Origin: Candidatus Aenigmatarchaeota archaeon
GTDB lineage: Archaea > Aenigmatarchaeota > Aenigmatarchaeia > CG10238-14 > SCSR01
DNA length: 64,000 bases
NCBI GenBank assembly: GCA_038999725.1
Contig: JAWBWS010000004.1
Location: 10,296-74,295 of the forward strand
Reading direction: 5' to 3'
Part shown: piece after piece, positions 41,867-51,416 of the stretch
Position numbering within the stretch: position 1 is the stretch's first letter
How the letters are laid out: the number at the start of each line of letters is the position of its first letter
Position numbers and translations under genes: made by a program
The notes under the pieces: model-generated
The model's input: the letters and a program-made list of their open reading frames with translations, nothing else
What the model was told of the DNA's origin: nothing
Databases searched by the model: none

Positions 41867-42121
41867 ATAATCAAATTGTTCAAATAAAAATAAAATTCTT
41901 CAAAAGGTTTAAAGCTCTGTCATTCTGATATTTTACCCTGGTTTTATAAATCCGGTTTTTGTGCAAAAAAATATTTTTTAATGGTTAAGCCAATTCTCGC
42001 CATATTTTTTTCTTTCCTTTTTTACCAATAAAGTAGCTTTTTTAGATGGGCTTTTTAGGAGATTGTAAGAAAAATTTAAAAGAGAAGAAATGAACAATTG
42101 CAGTAAAACAGGAGTCAAAGT

Positions 42122-43897
42122 ATGTGTGGTATAATAGGCTACATAGGAAGAGAAAATGCACCACCAGCGATTTTAGATGGACTAAGACATTTGGAGTACA
42201 GAGGGTACGACTCTGTTGGAGTTGCTTTTGTTTCTCCCAAAGAAGTCATCATAAAAAAAGATAAAGGTATGGTGGAAGAAGTTCATAAGAAACTAAATTT
42301 TTTGGATCCAGCTGTAAATTTGGCTGTTGCACATACAAGATGGGCTACACATGGAAAAATTTCAAAAGAAAATGCTCACCCTCACACAGATTGCAAATCA
42401 AACATAGCAATAGTTCACAATGGCATAATAGAGAATTATAAAGAGTTGAGAGAAAGATTGATACTTTCTGGTCATGTCTTCAAGAGTGAAACTGATAGTG
42501 AAGTTATAGCCCATTTAATAGAGGAAGAATTGAAAAATCGTGAAAATTTTGAAGAGGCTTGTTGTGCTGCATTCAACAAATTAGAAGGAAGCTTTGCGGT
42601 TTTAGTTGTTAAAAAAGGGGAGAATAAAATTGTTGCTATTAAGAAAGGTTCACCTTTAGTTATTGGAATTGCTGATCATGGTTATTTTGCTGCAAGTGAT
42701 ATACCAGCTTTTATCGAACACACTAACCAAGTTGTTTATCTTTCAGATTGGGATATGGCTGTTCTAGATTCTACTCCAATTTTCTTTAACATCAAAGATG
42801 GGATGCTAACAAGAGTTGAAAAACCCATACATATAATTGACTGGAATGCAGAGAAAACCAAAAAAGGTGGGTTTGAGCATTTCATGCTTAAAGAAATTTG
42901 TGAGCAAGCTGAAACTATAGAAAGAGTTGTTGCTCAAGAGAAAGAGGTTGTTAAAAAAATTGTGGATGAAATTGAAAAAGCATATGGTGTATTTTTTATT
43001 GGGTGTGGCTCAAGTTATCATGCTTGTCTGGTAGCAAGTTATATATTCTCAAAAATTGCTAAAAAGCATGTGAATGTAGTTCTTGCATCAGAATTTCCAA
43101 ATTATGAGCATTTTTTAACAAAAGATACTCTTGTCATTGCAGTTTCCCAATCTGGCGAAACTTACGATGTTCTAGAAGCTGTTAGAGCTGCTAAAAGGAA
43201 GGGAAGTAAAATAATTTCAATAGTTAATGTGATGGGATCGAGTTTGACAAGGGAGTCTGACTCCTTCTTACTCATGCATGCTGGTCCTGAGATTGGTGTT
43301 GCGTCAACGAAAACTTATACTTCAGAAATAGCACTTTTAACACTTCTAGCTTACTCTTTGATTGGAAAATTTGAAGAAGGTAAGGAAAGGGTGAAAAGTC
43401 TTAGGAATGTTATCTCTTATTTCACTTCAGAAACTTCAAGAAATAAAATAAAAGAGTTAGCAGAAAAATTGAAAGATAAAGAACATATCTTTTGTATCGG
43501 GAGGGGAACACAATATGCCACTGCTTTGGAAGCTGCATTGAAAATAAAGGAAGTTTCTTATATTCATGCTGAGGCCTTGGCCGGTGGAGAGTTGAAGCAT
43601 GGAACTATTGCCCTAATTGAAAATAATACTCCATGTATAGTTTTTATTTCGGAAGAAAATGAAAAAGAGATTCTTTCAAATGCTATGGAAATAAAGTCTA
43701 GGGGTGGGTATATAATTGGCGTGTCTCCAAAAAATAATGAAATATTCGATTATTGGATAAAAGTTCCTGAAGCAAATACAGAAAATCCGATTGTTCAAAT
43801 CATCCCAATGCAAATTTTGGCTTATTACTTGGCTGTTTTGAGAGGACACAACCCAGACCGTCCTAGAAATCTTGCGAAAAGTGTGACAGTAAAATGA
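42122..43897 (+). CDS. glmS: Glutamine--fructose-6-phosphate aminotransferase
   Basis: MCGIIG, HTRWATHG, SQSGET, PRNLAKSVTV. Confidence 0.96.
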   Translation: MCGIIGYIGRENAPPAILDGLRHLEYRGYDSVGVAFVSPKEVIIKKDKGMVEEVHKKLNFLDPAVNLAVAHTRWATHGKISKENAHPHTDCKSNIAIVHNGIIENYKELRERLILSGHVFKSETDSEVIAHLIEEELKNRENFEEACCAAFNKLEGSFAVLVVKKGENKIVAIKKGSPLVIGIADHGYFAASDIPAFIEHTNQVVYLSDWDMAVLDSTPIFFNIKDGMLTRVEKPIHIIDWNAEKTKKGGFEHFMLKEICEQAETIERVVAQEKEVVKKIVDEIEKAYGVFFIGCGSSYHACLVASYIFSKIAKKHVNVVLASEFPNYEHFLTKDTLVIAVSQSGETYDVLEAVRAAKRKGSKIISIVNVMGSSLTRESDSFLLMHAGPEIGVASTKTYTSEIALLTLLAYSLIGKFEEGKERVKSLRNVISYFTSETSRNKIKELAEKLKDKEHIFCIGRGTQYATALEAALKIKEVSYIHAEALAGGELKHGTIALIENNTPCIVFISEENEKEILSNAMEIKSRGGYIIGVSPKNNEIFDYWIKVPEANTENPIVQIIPMQILAYYLAVLRGHNPDRPRNLAKSVTVK

Positions 43898-43946
43898 AGA
43901 TTAATTCTTTTTCAATCTCCCTGCGAAATTAATAAGTTAATTTGAG

Positions 43947-44447
43947 GTGAGTGAGTTGAAGGAAATTTTGATAAAGCGAATGAAAGAGAAGCAAATAGAA
44001 GAAGTAGCAAAAGTTGCCTCAAAATGTTTTAGTGGCCTAAAAGACATAAAAAAAGCGAGAAGGTGGATAAAGTGCAATTTTAACGCTTTTCCAAGGATGC
44101 AATATTTTGTGGCTCAAAAAGGAAAAAAAGTTTTGGGATACATACTTTGGGTGGAAAAAGGGGGATTTAGAGAAGAAGCCGTGTTCGAATTAGAGCAAAT
44201 TGGAGTTCACCCAAACTACAGAGGAATGGGGATTGGCACAAGACTTATTAAAGAGTCTTTGAGAGAATTAAAAAATTCTCTCAAAAAACGTGGCTCAAGG
44301 TTAAAGCTTGTTGAAGTCACAACTGGAGTGAGCAATGAAGCACAAAAATTGTACAAAAAAACTCTAGGTGCAAAGCCAGAGTGTGTGATAAAAGATTTGT
44401 TTAGAGAAGATGAAGTGATAATGATTGCAAGATTCAACAAAAAGTGA
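43947..44447 (+). CDS. GNAT acetyltransferase
   Basis: IGVHPNYRGMGIG, NEAQKLY. Confidence 0.88.
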   Translation: MSELKEILIKRMKEKQIEEVAKVASKCFSGLKDIKKARRWIKCNFNAFPRMQYFVAQKGKKVLGYILWVEKGGFREEAVFELEQIGVHPNYRGMGIGTRLIKESLRELKNSLKKRGSRLKLVEVTTGVSNEAQKLYKKTLGAKPECVIKDLFREDEVIMIARFNKK

Positions 44448-44449
44448 AA

Positions 44450-45358
44450 TCATTCAAGGAATTCCACATCGTCTATTATTCCATCAGCATCTCTATCTAT
44501 GCCTTTAACAACTCTCGCGAACCCTCCATTGAACTTATTCCCTTCTGCAACTTTTTTTGGATATTTCACAAGAGCAACTATAGCTGCCCTTGTTCCCTTA
44601 AACCTTTTTCCTGACAAAACTAAAATTTCCTTCCCTCTTGCAAATGGGTTTGAAGTTTTAACCACTATACCAATCTCATCTTCCACATAAACAGTTTTTG
44701 ATAAAGATGAGACTATGTTGAAATCATGCTTGGTGTCAAAATAGATGGGAAGCCTATCATTTATCTTATCTATCAAAATATTTGCTTTTGGCCCTCCTAT
44801 CAAGATTAGATTTTTCTGGAGATCTTCTTCTCTAATTTGAGTGTCGAGTTTGTAATTTAAATTTGAGGATTCGAGGAATGTGCCTAAGAAAAGGGCCAAA
44901 TCAATTGCAGCACTTCCATCAGAAGCCTGTGCCCCATATCTTCCATGTGGATCTGGAGAACCAACAACAATAATAGCATTTAGTTTACCTTTTTGAATGA
45001 AGGAACCCAAAAACTCCGATTCTTTAATTCTTGCCTTTATCTCGAGAGGTTTGGCATCAAAAAGTTTAACTGCAATGTAAGGAGAAGATACAGAATAAAT
45101 TTTAGCCACGGCTCCGACCCTCTCAACCTTTTTCTCCAGTCTAATTATTCCTGCTTCTTCCAACCTTCTCAAGTGGTAATAGATTTTTTGCTCATGCTGC
45201 TTGAGCTTTCTGGCTATGTCCATGGCACAGCTTGGCTGCTTTGAAAGTTCTTCCAAAATTCTCAAGGAAAGCTCACTGCTCAAGACTTTCAAATTCCTTG
45301 GTTCAATCACCAAACACTTAAAAGCTTTTTCTTCTCCATCTTCCACAAAATATGGCAT
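44450..45358 (-). CDS. ArsR-like wHTH protein fused to an S-layer-type C-terminal domain
   Basis: DIARKL...IYYHLRRLEEAGII; NLILIGGPKAN...NPF...VLSG...GTRAA. Confidence 0.7.
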   Translation of the reverse strand: MPYFVEDGEEKAFKCLVIEPRNLKVLSSELSLRILEELSKQPSCAMDIARKLKQHEQKIYYHLRRLEEAGIIRLEKKVERVGAVAKIYSVSSPYIAVKLFDAKPLEIKARIKESEFLGSFIQKGKLNAIIVVGSPDPHGRYGAQASDGSAAIDLALFLGTFLESSNLNYKLDTQIREEDLQKNLILIGGPKANILIDKINDRLPIYFDTKHDFNIVSSLSKTVYVEDEIGIVVKTSNPFARGKEILVLSGKRFKGTRAAIVALVKYPKKVAEGNKFNGGFARVVKGIDRDADGIIDDVEFLE

Positions 45359-45500
45359 AATTTTTAGAATAATTTTTGGATGTTATAAAGTTTTTTATAA
45401 TGGTGAAGAAAAGAAGATTTTTCTTTTCTCTTTTGCAACCTAAACCTTCAATCAAACATTTTAGGTTTATTTTTTATACATTTGTTTTCAATTAATTTTT

Positions 45501-46859
45501 ATGGCATTTAATGAAAAAGGGATACAGGAAATTTTTAAAAAATACGATATAAGAGGTTTGGTCCCCCGAGAAATCAACTCGAGAATTGCTTTCAAGCTTG
45601 GGGAAGCTTTCGGTATTTTTCTTGGAGGTGGAAAAAGAATTGTTGTTGGTAGAGATAACAGGAAGAGTAGCACATCACTGAAAAATTCTCTTGTTCGTGG
45701 CTTAATTTCAAGTGGTTGTGATGTTATGGATGTGGGTTTCTCAACATCAGACATGGTCGCTTGGGCTGTAAAATATTTGAATATGGATGCTGGAGTTATG
45801 GTGACAGCTTCTCACTTGCCGGCAGAATGGAATGGAATCAAATTCTTTAACCGAGAGGGAAGAATTTACGGAATTGAGGAGCTAAAAAAGGCGCTACTCC
45901 CTCTTATTGATAAAAAATGTGAAAGTGGGAAGGAAGGTAAAATTGAAAGAATTGAAATCTTGGAAGAGTATATTAAAGCTGTGATTTCAAGTGCTAAAAA
46001 AATTACAAGGAATGATTCTTTAGAAAACATGAAAATAGTGTTTGACGGTATGAATGGTATGGCTTCTTTGGTTTTGCCAAAAATCTTGAAAGAGTTAAAT
46101 GCCAACTTGATTGAAATAAACACGAACTTTGAAGAGGGTTTTAAAAAACCTCCTGAACCAACAGAAGAAACAGTAAAAGAGCTTTGTCAAAAAGTCTTGG
46201 AAACTAAAGCTGATTTGGGGATAATTTGCGATGGAGATGCTGACAGAGTTTTGTTTGTTGATGACAGAGGGAATTTTGTTCCTGGTGACGAGTCTTTAAT
46301 TCTCATAGCTATGGAATATTCTAAACCAGAAGAGCCAATTGTATTCTCTTTGGATACCTCCCAAATCCTCATCGACCATCTTAAGAATCAAAAGAAGTGT
46401 AAAGTGGTCTATTCAAAAATTGGAGACTTTTTTGTTACTGAAAAAATAATTGAGCATAAGGCAAATTTTGGTGGTCAGCCAAATGGACACATGAAAGATC
46501 CTTCTTTCATTCTCTATGATTCTGGCCCATTCTTCGCCACACTTTTTTCTTCCCTGTTGGCAAAAAATGGAAAAAACTTAAGCTCTACAAGGGAGGAATT
46601 ACCAATCTATCACAAAATTAACATTTCTATTCCTCATGAAAATCCATCAAATTTGATCCAAAACTTGATCAAGCAAATTGAAAAAAAAGAATGCGATATA
46701 ATTTCTGATTTGGATGGTCTAAAATTCTCTTACAAAAATTCAGTTGTTCTTGTGAGACCATCTGGTTCAGAAAAAAAGCTGAGAATAAATGTTGAAAGTA
46801 ACAATAAAACTGAAGCTTTGGCTTCTTTAGAAGAGGTGAAAATGTGGTTGAAATTATAG
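45501..46859 (+). CDS. Phosphohexomutase (PMM/PGM/GlmM family)
   Basis: YDIRG, TASHLP, DGDADR, VRPSGSE. Confidence 0.9.
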   Translation: MAFNEKGIQEIFKKYDIRGLVPREINSRIAFKLGEAFGIFLGGGKRIVVGRDNRKSSTSLKNSLVRGLISSGCDVMDVGFSTSDMVAWAVKYLNMDAGVMVTASHLPAEWNGIKFFNREGRIYGIEELKKALLPLIDKKCESGKEGKIERIEILEEYIKAVISSAKKITRNDSLENMKIVFDGMNGMASLVLPKILKELNANLIEINTNFEEGFKKPPEPTEETVKELCQKVLETKADLGIICDGDADRVLFVDDRGNFVPGDESLILIAMEYSKPEEPIVFSLDTSQILIDHLKNQKKCKVVYSKIGDFFVTEKIIEHKANFGGQPNGHMKDPSFILYDSGPFFATLFSSLLAKNGKNLSSTREELPIYHKINISIPHENPSNLIQNLIKQIEKKECDIISDLDGLKFSYKNSVVLVRPSGSEKKLRINVESNNKTEALASLEEVKMWLKL

Positions 46860-47860
46860 ATACTGCAATCATTCTTGCTGCTGGGGAAGGCAAGAGAATG
46901 GCACCCCTCAGCAGGAAAATTCCAAAAGAGATGCTACCTGTTCTTGATAGACCCTTCATAAACTACAACTTAAACTATCTGGAAGAAGCTGGGATTAAAA
47001 ATGTCGGGTTTGTGATTTCACCAAAAAAAGAAATCATCAAAAGATTTTATGGAAGGAGGTATGGAAGCATGAGGCTCCTTTACTTTATCCAAAAAGAGCA
47101 ACTTGGCCCAGCACATGCCATCCTCTCGGCAGAAAATTTGGTAAAGAAGAAAAATTTTTTCTTGGTGCAATATGGTGACAGCCTAACTGAAATCAACCTA
47201 GCAAGAGAAACTATAAGCAGATTTATGAGAGAAAAAGAGGTAGACGCTTTTCTGTCTCTTAGACCAGTTGAAGACCCTTCTAGGTATGGTGTTGTTAAGT
47301 TTGATGCAAAGGGGAAGATAGTTGATATAGTTGAGAAGCCAAGACCAGAAGAAGCTCCAAGTAAGATTGCAACTGTCGGCACATTCATTTTGAGAACAGA
47401 AGCCTATTTTGATTCTGTGAAAGAAGTTGATTTTAGTAAAGGGGAAGAATTTCCCGCCCGCTATGTTTTGAAGAATGGAACGGTAAAAGGCTGGGTTTTT
47501 CATGGTGAAAGAGTTGACCTTGGGTTTCCCAAAGATTTGATACAAGCTTCCAAACTTATAGTGAATTCTCATGGCGGTATTTTAATAAAAGAGAGTGCAA
47601 TAATTGATAAAAGTGTAAAAATAAGACCACCAATATATGTAGGTGAAATGTGTAGGATAGAAAGAAACTGTGTGATTGGGCCAAATGCTTTCATAGGAAG
47701 AAACAGTTTTGTTGGCGAGGATTCCGAAATTCAAGAAAGTTATTTGATGAAAAATTGCAAGGTTGGGAAAGCGTGCTCAATAAATAGTTCTGTGATTGGA
47801 GAAAAATGCAAGATCCCAAATTTTAGCAGAGTTAGGGATGAAGTTTTAACAAGATGGTGA
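46844..47860 (+). CDS. NDP-sugar synthase/nucleotidyltransferase with beta-helix C-terminus
   Basis: ILAAGEGKRM.PL...PK, YGD, VEKP, hexapeptide repeats. Confidence 0.9.
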   Translation: MVEIIDTAIILAAGEGKRMAPLSRKIPKEMLPVLDRPFINYNLNYLEEAGIKNVGFVISPKKEIIKRFYGRRYGSMRLLYFIQKEQLGPAHAILSAENLVKKKNFFLVQYGDSLTEINLARETISRFMREKEVDAFLSLRPVEDPSRYGVVKFDAKGKIVDIVEKPRPEEAPSKIATVGTFILRTEAYFDSVKEVDFSKGEEFPARYVLKNGTVKGWVFHGERVDLGFPKDLIQASKLIVNSHGGILIKESAIIDKSVKIRPPIYVGEMCRIERNCVIGPNAFIGRNSFVGEDSEIQESYLMKNCKVGKACSINSSVIGEKCKIPNFSRVRDEVLTRW

Positions 47861-47862
47861 AC

Positions 47863-48546
47863 ATGATAAAGTGTTTGCTGTTTGATGCCGATAACACTTT
47901 GTATGAAAGTAGTAGTGCAGCAAAAGCTTCTGATCTTGAAGCAATGAAATTCCTCTCCAAGCTTTGTGGAAAGGATCCAGAAGAACTTTTGGAAGAATGG
48001 AAATCTATAGTTAATAAACTGAAAGAAAGTAGGGAACCTAAGCTTAGACATAGAAAGTACTCTTACTCCCTGCTCTTGAAGCAAAACGGATTTGAAGAAA
48101 AACTTGCGGAAAAAATCTATGAAATTTTCTTGGAAAATTTTTTAAATAAAATAAAACTTTTTGATGGTGTGAGAGAAACTCTAGAAGAACTAAAGGAAAT
48201 GGGGATAAAACTTGTAATTGTGAGCGAGGATTTCAAAGAACAACTTGAAAAAAAGATCGAGAAATTAAACTTGAAAAAGTTTTTTGATTTCATCCTTACT
48301 TGTGATGATGTTGGTGTTATGAAACCAGAAAGAAAATATTATGAAATTGTGAAAGAGAAGTTGGGAATCCCTTATGAAGAGATGATGGCAATTGGTGACT
48401 CCTTTGAAAAAGACTTAGAAATTCCAAAACTTTTGGGAATGAAATGTGTATTGGTTTATGGTGAAGATGGAAGAGCAAATTTTTCTACAAATGATTTTCG
48501 AGAGATTTTAAATCTATTAAAATCGCTCAATAGAAAAAATAATTAA
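47863..48546 (+). CDS. HAD-family hydrolase
   Basis: FDADNTL, KP, IGDS..KD. Confidence 0.88.
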   Translation: MIKCLLFDADNTLYESSSAAKASDLEAMKFLSKLCGKDPEELLEEWKSIVNKLKESREPKLRHRKYSYSLLLKQNGFEEKLAEKIYEIFLENFLNKIKLFDGVRETLEELKEMGIKLVIVSEDFKEQLEKKIEKLNLKKFFDFILTCDDVGVMKPERKYYEIVKEKLGIPYEEMMAIGDSFEKDLEIPKLLGMKCVLVYGEDGRANFSTNDFREILNLLKSLNRKNN

Positions 48547-49482
48547 GTGGTGCAAATGAGGATTGTGAAAGATTTTTCACTTGATGAAAAATCTTCAGCA
48601 AATGAATTGATTAAACAAATGGGGAGTGCCGGTGGCTTTACTGCTAAAAATCTTGCAATTTCTGTTGAAATATTGGAAGAAATGATAAAAGAAAAAAAAT
48701 GCCTAAAATTTCTCTCCTTTCCTGCTTGTATAGTAGCAACTGGCACAAGAGGTATAATAAGAGATTTTGTTAAGAGGAAATGGTTTGATGTTATAATAAC
48801 AACTTGTGGGACTTTGGATCACGATTTGGCGAGAAGTTTCAAAAACTATTACCATGGGACTTTTTTTGTTGATGATGCAGAACTCCATAAAAGAGGAGTT
48901 CATAGACTTGGGAACGTCTTTGTTCCTAAAGAATCTTATGGGATGATAATTGAAAAAAAGATGAAAGAATTCTTAAGAGAAATTTATTCCGAGAAAAAAG
49001 AACTCTCAACTCATGAACTGGTTTGGGAATTAGGTAAAAGGGTGAAAAATAAGGATTCTATTCTTTTCTGGTCCTGGAAAAACAGAATACCCATGATCGT
49101 GCCAGGAATAACAGATGGTGCAGTCGGCTATCAAATATGGCAATTTTGGCAAGACCACAAAGATTTAAAGATAAATGAACTCCAAGATGAACAACTTCTA
49201 AGCGATTTGGTTTGGAAGGCAGAAAAATCAGGGGCTTTGATTATCGGTGGAGGCGTCTCAAAGCATCATGTGATTTGGTGGAATCAATTCAAAGAAGGTT
49301 TGGATTATGCTGTTTACATAACAACAGCAGTTGAGTGGGACGGGAGCTTAAGTGGAGCAAGAACAAGAGAAGCGATTTCTTGGGGGAAAATCAAGGAAAA
49401 AGCCAGACATGTTACTGTGGATGGAGATGCAACAGTTTATTTGCCTTTGATTTATTCTGCCCTTTTGGAAAGAATAAAATGA
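48547..49482 (+). CDS. dys: Deoxyhypusine synthase
   Basis: GGGVSKH, DGSLSGA...EAISWGK. Confidence 0.95.
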   Translation: MVQMRIVKDFSLDEKSSANELIKQMGSAGGFTAKNLAISVEILEEMIKEKKCLKFLSFPACIVATGTRGIIRDFVKRKWFDVIITTCGTLDHDLARSFKNYYHGTFFVDDAELHKRGVHRLGNVFVPKESYGMIIEKKMKEFLREIYSEKKELSTHELVWELGKRVKNKDSILFWSWKNRIPMIVPGITDGAVGYQIWQFWQDHKDLKINELQDEQLLSDLVWKAEKSGALIIGGGVSKHHVIWWNQFKEGLDYAVYITTAVEWDGSLSGARTREAISWGKIKEKARHVTVDGDATVYLPLIYSALLERIK

Positions 49483-49582
49483 AGAAAAAATCTTCTAATA
49501 ATTTTCTCAGGAACTTAGATTGTTTCAAACTTCAAGAGTGATTCTTATATTTCTCCATTGAAGCATCTTAAATACAAAACAA

Positions 49583-50266
49583 TCAAAGAAGACTCAACTT
49601 TTTCAAACCATCAACAATACTCTCCACAACTTTTTCAGGCGGCTTGTTCATCCAAACTTCAATGAAGGGAGTTTTCTTCTCTCTATAAAACTGAATCAAA
49701 GGCATGGTTTGTTTTTTATAAATTTCAATCCTTTCTCTAACAATTTCAGGTTTGTCGTCAACCCTTTGAATTAAAGGTGAACCACATTTGTCACATATCA
49801 TGTCTTTTTTCGGAAGAAGTGGTGGAAGCTCATACTCTATTCCTTCTATCACTCTTTTTATCTCGGCTATGTTATAATTTCCATCACATTTTGGATTAGA
49901 ACAAATCCTTCTTGCACAAACTTTCTCGATTAAAATTACATCATGGGCCTTTACCAATATTATAGCATCAATTTTAGCAATTTCCTCCAAAGCTTTAGCT
50001 TGTTCTATTGTTCTTGGAAAACCATCAAGGATGAAATTCTCTTTTCCTTTCAATTCTTGTCTCACAACTTCTATCACAATATTGTCAGGAACCAATTCTC
50101 CTTTAGAGATATAACCTTCAACCATTTTCCCCAATAAATTTCCCTCTTTCACAGCAGCTCTGAAAATATCACCAGTAGCTATTTTTTCGATTCCCAAAAT
50201 TTCTTTGAGTCTAGAAGAGTAAGTTCCTTTGCCTGAGCCAGGAGGGCCAAAAATTATTAGCTTCAT
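49583..50266 (-). CDS. adk: Adenylate kinase, bacterial-type with Cys-containing lid
   Basis: GPPGSGKGT, G.LVPD, LDGFPRT. Confidence 0.92.
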   Translation of the reverse strand: MKLIIFGPPGSGKGTYSSRLKEILGIEKIATGDIFRAAVKEGNLLGKMVEGYISKGELVPDNIVIEVVRQELKGKENFILDGFPRTIEQAKALEEIAKIDAIILVKAHDVILIEKVCARRICSNPKCDGNYNIAEIKRVIEGIEYELPPLLPKKDMICDKCGSPLIQRVDDKPEIVRERIEIYKKQTMPLIQFYREKKTPFIEVWMNKPPEKVVESIVDGLKKLSLL

Positions 50267-50847
50267 TTCATCATCTCTATTAATTTAATTATTTCTTCAG
50301 CCCCTCTTTTAGCTTGCTCAAAAGGTTCCTTTTCCCCGAACCTTAAATTTATTATTTTAACTGGGCACTCAAATTCACTTGCAACATCAATAGCCACTTG
50401 TCTATTCACAGTTTGATGCTCTTCAATTTCCTCCAAACTTTCTATATCTCTTTTCCTCGTTTTATCATCAATTCTTCTTTTCAAAACATCTTCGGGGTTA
50501 AACTCCAAAAGAACAATCAAGTCAGGCTTCATTATTCTCATCGTTTTTTCAGAAAGAGCATGAAAATAGCCATATGGTGTTTTGATTGTAACATGAGTGT
50601 TAATGAGCAAAATTTTATCCTTCATGTTTGAAATCTTTTTTGCCACAATTTCTTGAATCTCTCTTTGTTGTTTAAGGGTCAATTTTTTTCTCAATTCATC
50701 TCTGTCTTCAATTCCATATTTTTCTGAAGCAATTTCAAGGAATAAATCTCCCACTGTCACAACTTTGGCTTCGGGTAATTTTTCTTTCACAAATTGTAAA
50801 ACTGTACTTTTCCCCCCACCAGGAACAGAAACCACAAGAATTTTCAT
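50263..50847 (-). CDS. adkA: Adenylate kinase, archaeal type
   Basis: VPGGGKST, DRDELRK, NTH..IKTP.GY, RR..D.TR.RD, HQ..NR. Confidence 0.88.
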   Translation of the reverse strand: MKILVVSVPGGGKSTVLQFVKEKLPEAKVVTVGDLFLEIASEKYGIEDRDELRKKLTLKQQREIQEIVAKKISNMKDKILLINTHVTIKTPYGYFHALSEKTMRIMKPDLIVLLEFNPEDVLKRRIDDKTRKRDIESLEEIEEHQTVNRQVAIDVASEFECPVKIINLRFGEKEPFEQAKRGAEEIIKLIEMMK

Positions 50848-50890
50848 TTTCTCTTAAATATTTATTAAATAGGTTTAAATTAAAATTCAA

Positions 50891-50996
50891 GCTGGTGTAG
50901 ATTAGTGGTTAAATCGCGGCGCTCATAGCATCTGTGAGCTTTGATAGAAAGATGAAAGAAACGCCGAGATCGCGGGTTCAAATCCCGCCACCAGCA
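50891..50996 (+). tRNA. tRNA-Met(CAT), elongator type, with a 33-nt intron at 37/38 (50928-50960)
   Basis: Acceptor GCTGGTG/CACCAGC; anticodon stem CGGCG/CGCCG; T arm GCGGG-TTCAAAT-CCCGC; G1 start and no GGG/CCC stem argue against initiator. Confidence 0.88.
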
Positions 50997-51089
50997 TTTT
51001 TGAATTATTCCTAAAAGAATTATGAAAATGGCCTTTCACCTTTAGGATTTAAAAGTTTTAAAACAAAAATAAATTAAACCGGTGTTGAT

Positions 51090-51305
51090 ATGGAATTGAC
51101 GCCAGAAGAAGCAAAGGTTGTTGAGGCAATGAAATCTTTAAAAGCAGTGTCAGAAGATAAGATAAAAGATGCTGACCAAATCGCGAAAGCTGCCATGATG
51201 CCAAAGGGTAAAGTGGCTAACCTTCTATTAAGTTTGATGAACAAGAAAGTTGTGAAAAGGGTTGCCAGAGAAAAAGCCGCAGGCTACTATTTACTCCAAG
51301 CTTAA
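51090..51305 (+). CDS. Small winged-helix protein
   Basis: ADQIAKAAMMPKGKVANLLLSL..K.VVKR...AGYY. Confidence 0.7.
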   Translation: MELTPEEAKVVEAMKSLKAVSEDKIKDADQIAKAAMMPKGKVANLLLSLMNKKVVKRVAREKAAGYYLLQA

Positions 51306-51416
51306 CAGAACCTGATTTTCAATTGAATTTTGTTTACTGCTATTTATAACCAACTTTTAAAAGTTGAATAAAGTTAATTTTACTCTTTCCCTTCCTTAAC
51401 CCAATAGCTTTCCAAC

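Noticed and set aside
41867..42121. Replication origin in the 255-bp AT-rich gap
   Set aside because: No ORB repeats or adjacent cdc6; divergent argS/glmS promoters explain it.
50938..50957. Nested intron inside the tRNA-Met intron (removal would give a perfect CTCA/TGAG helix)
   Set aside because: The inner central helix CTGT/ATGA is poor and the guide model explains TGAG; not fully excluded.
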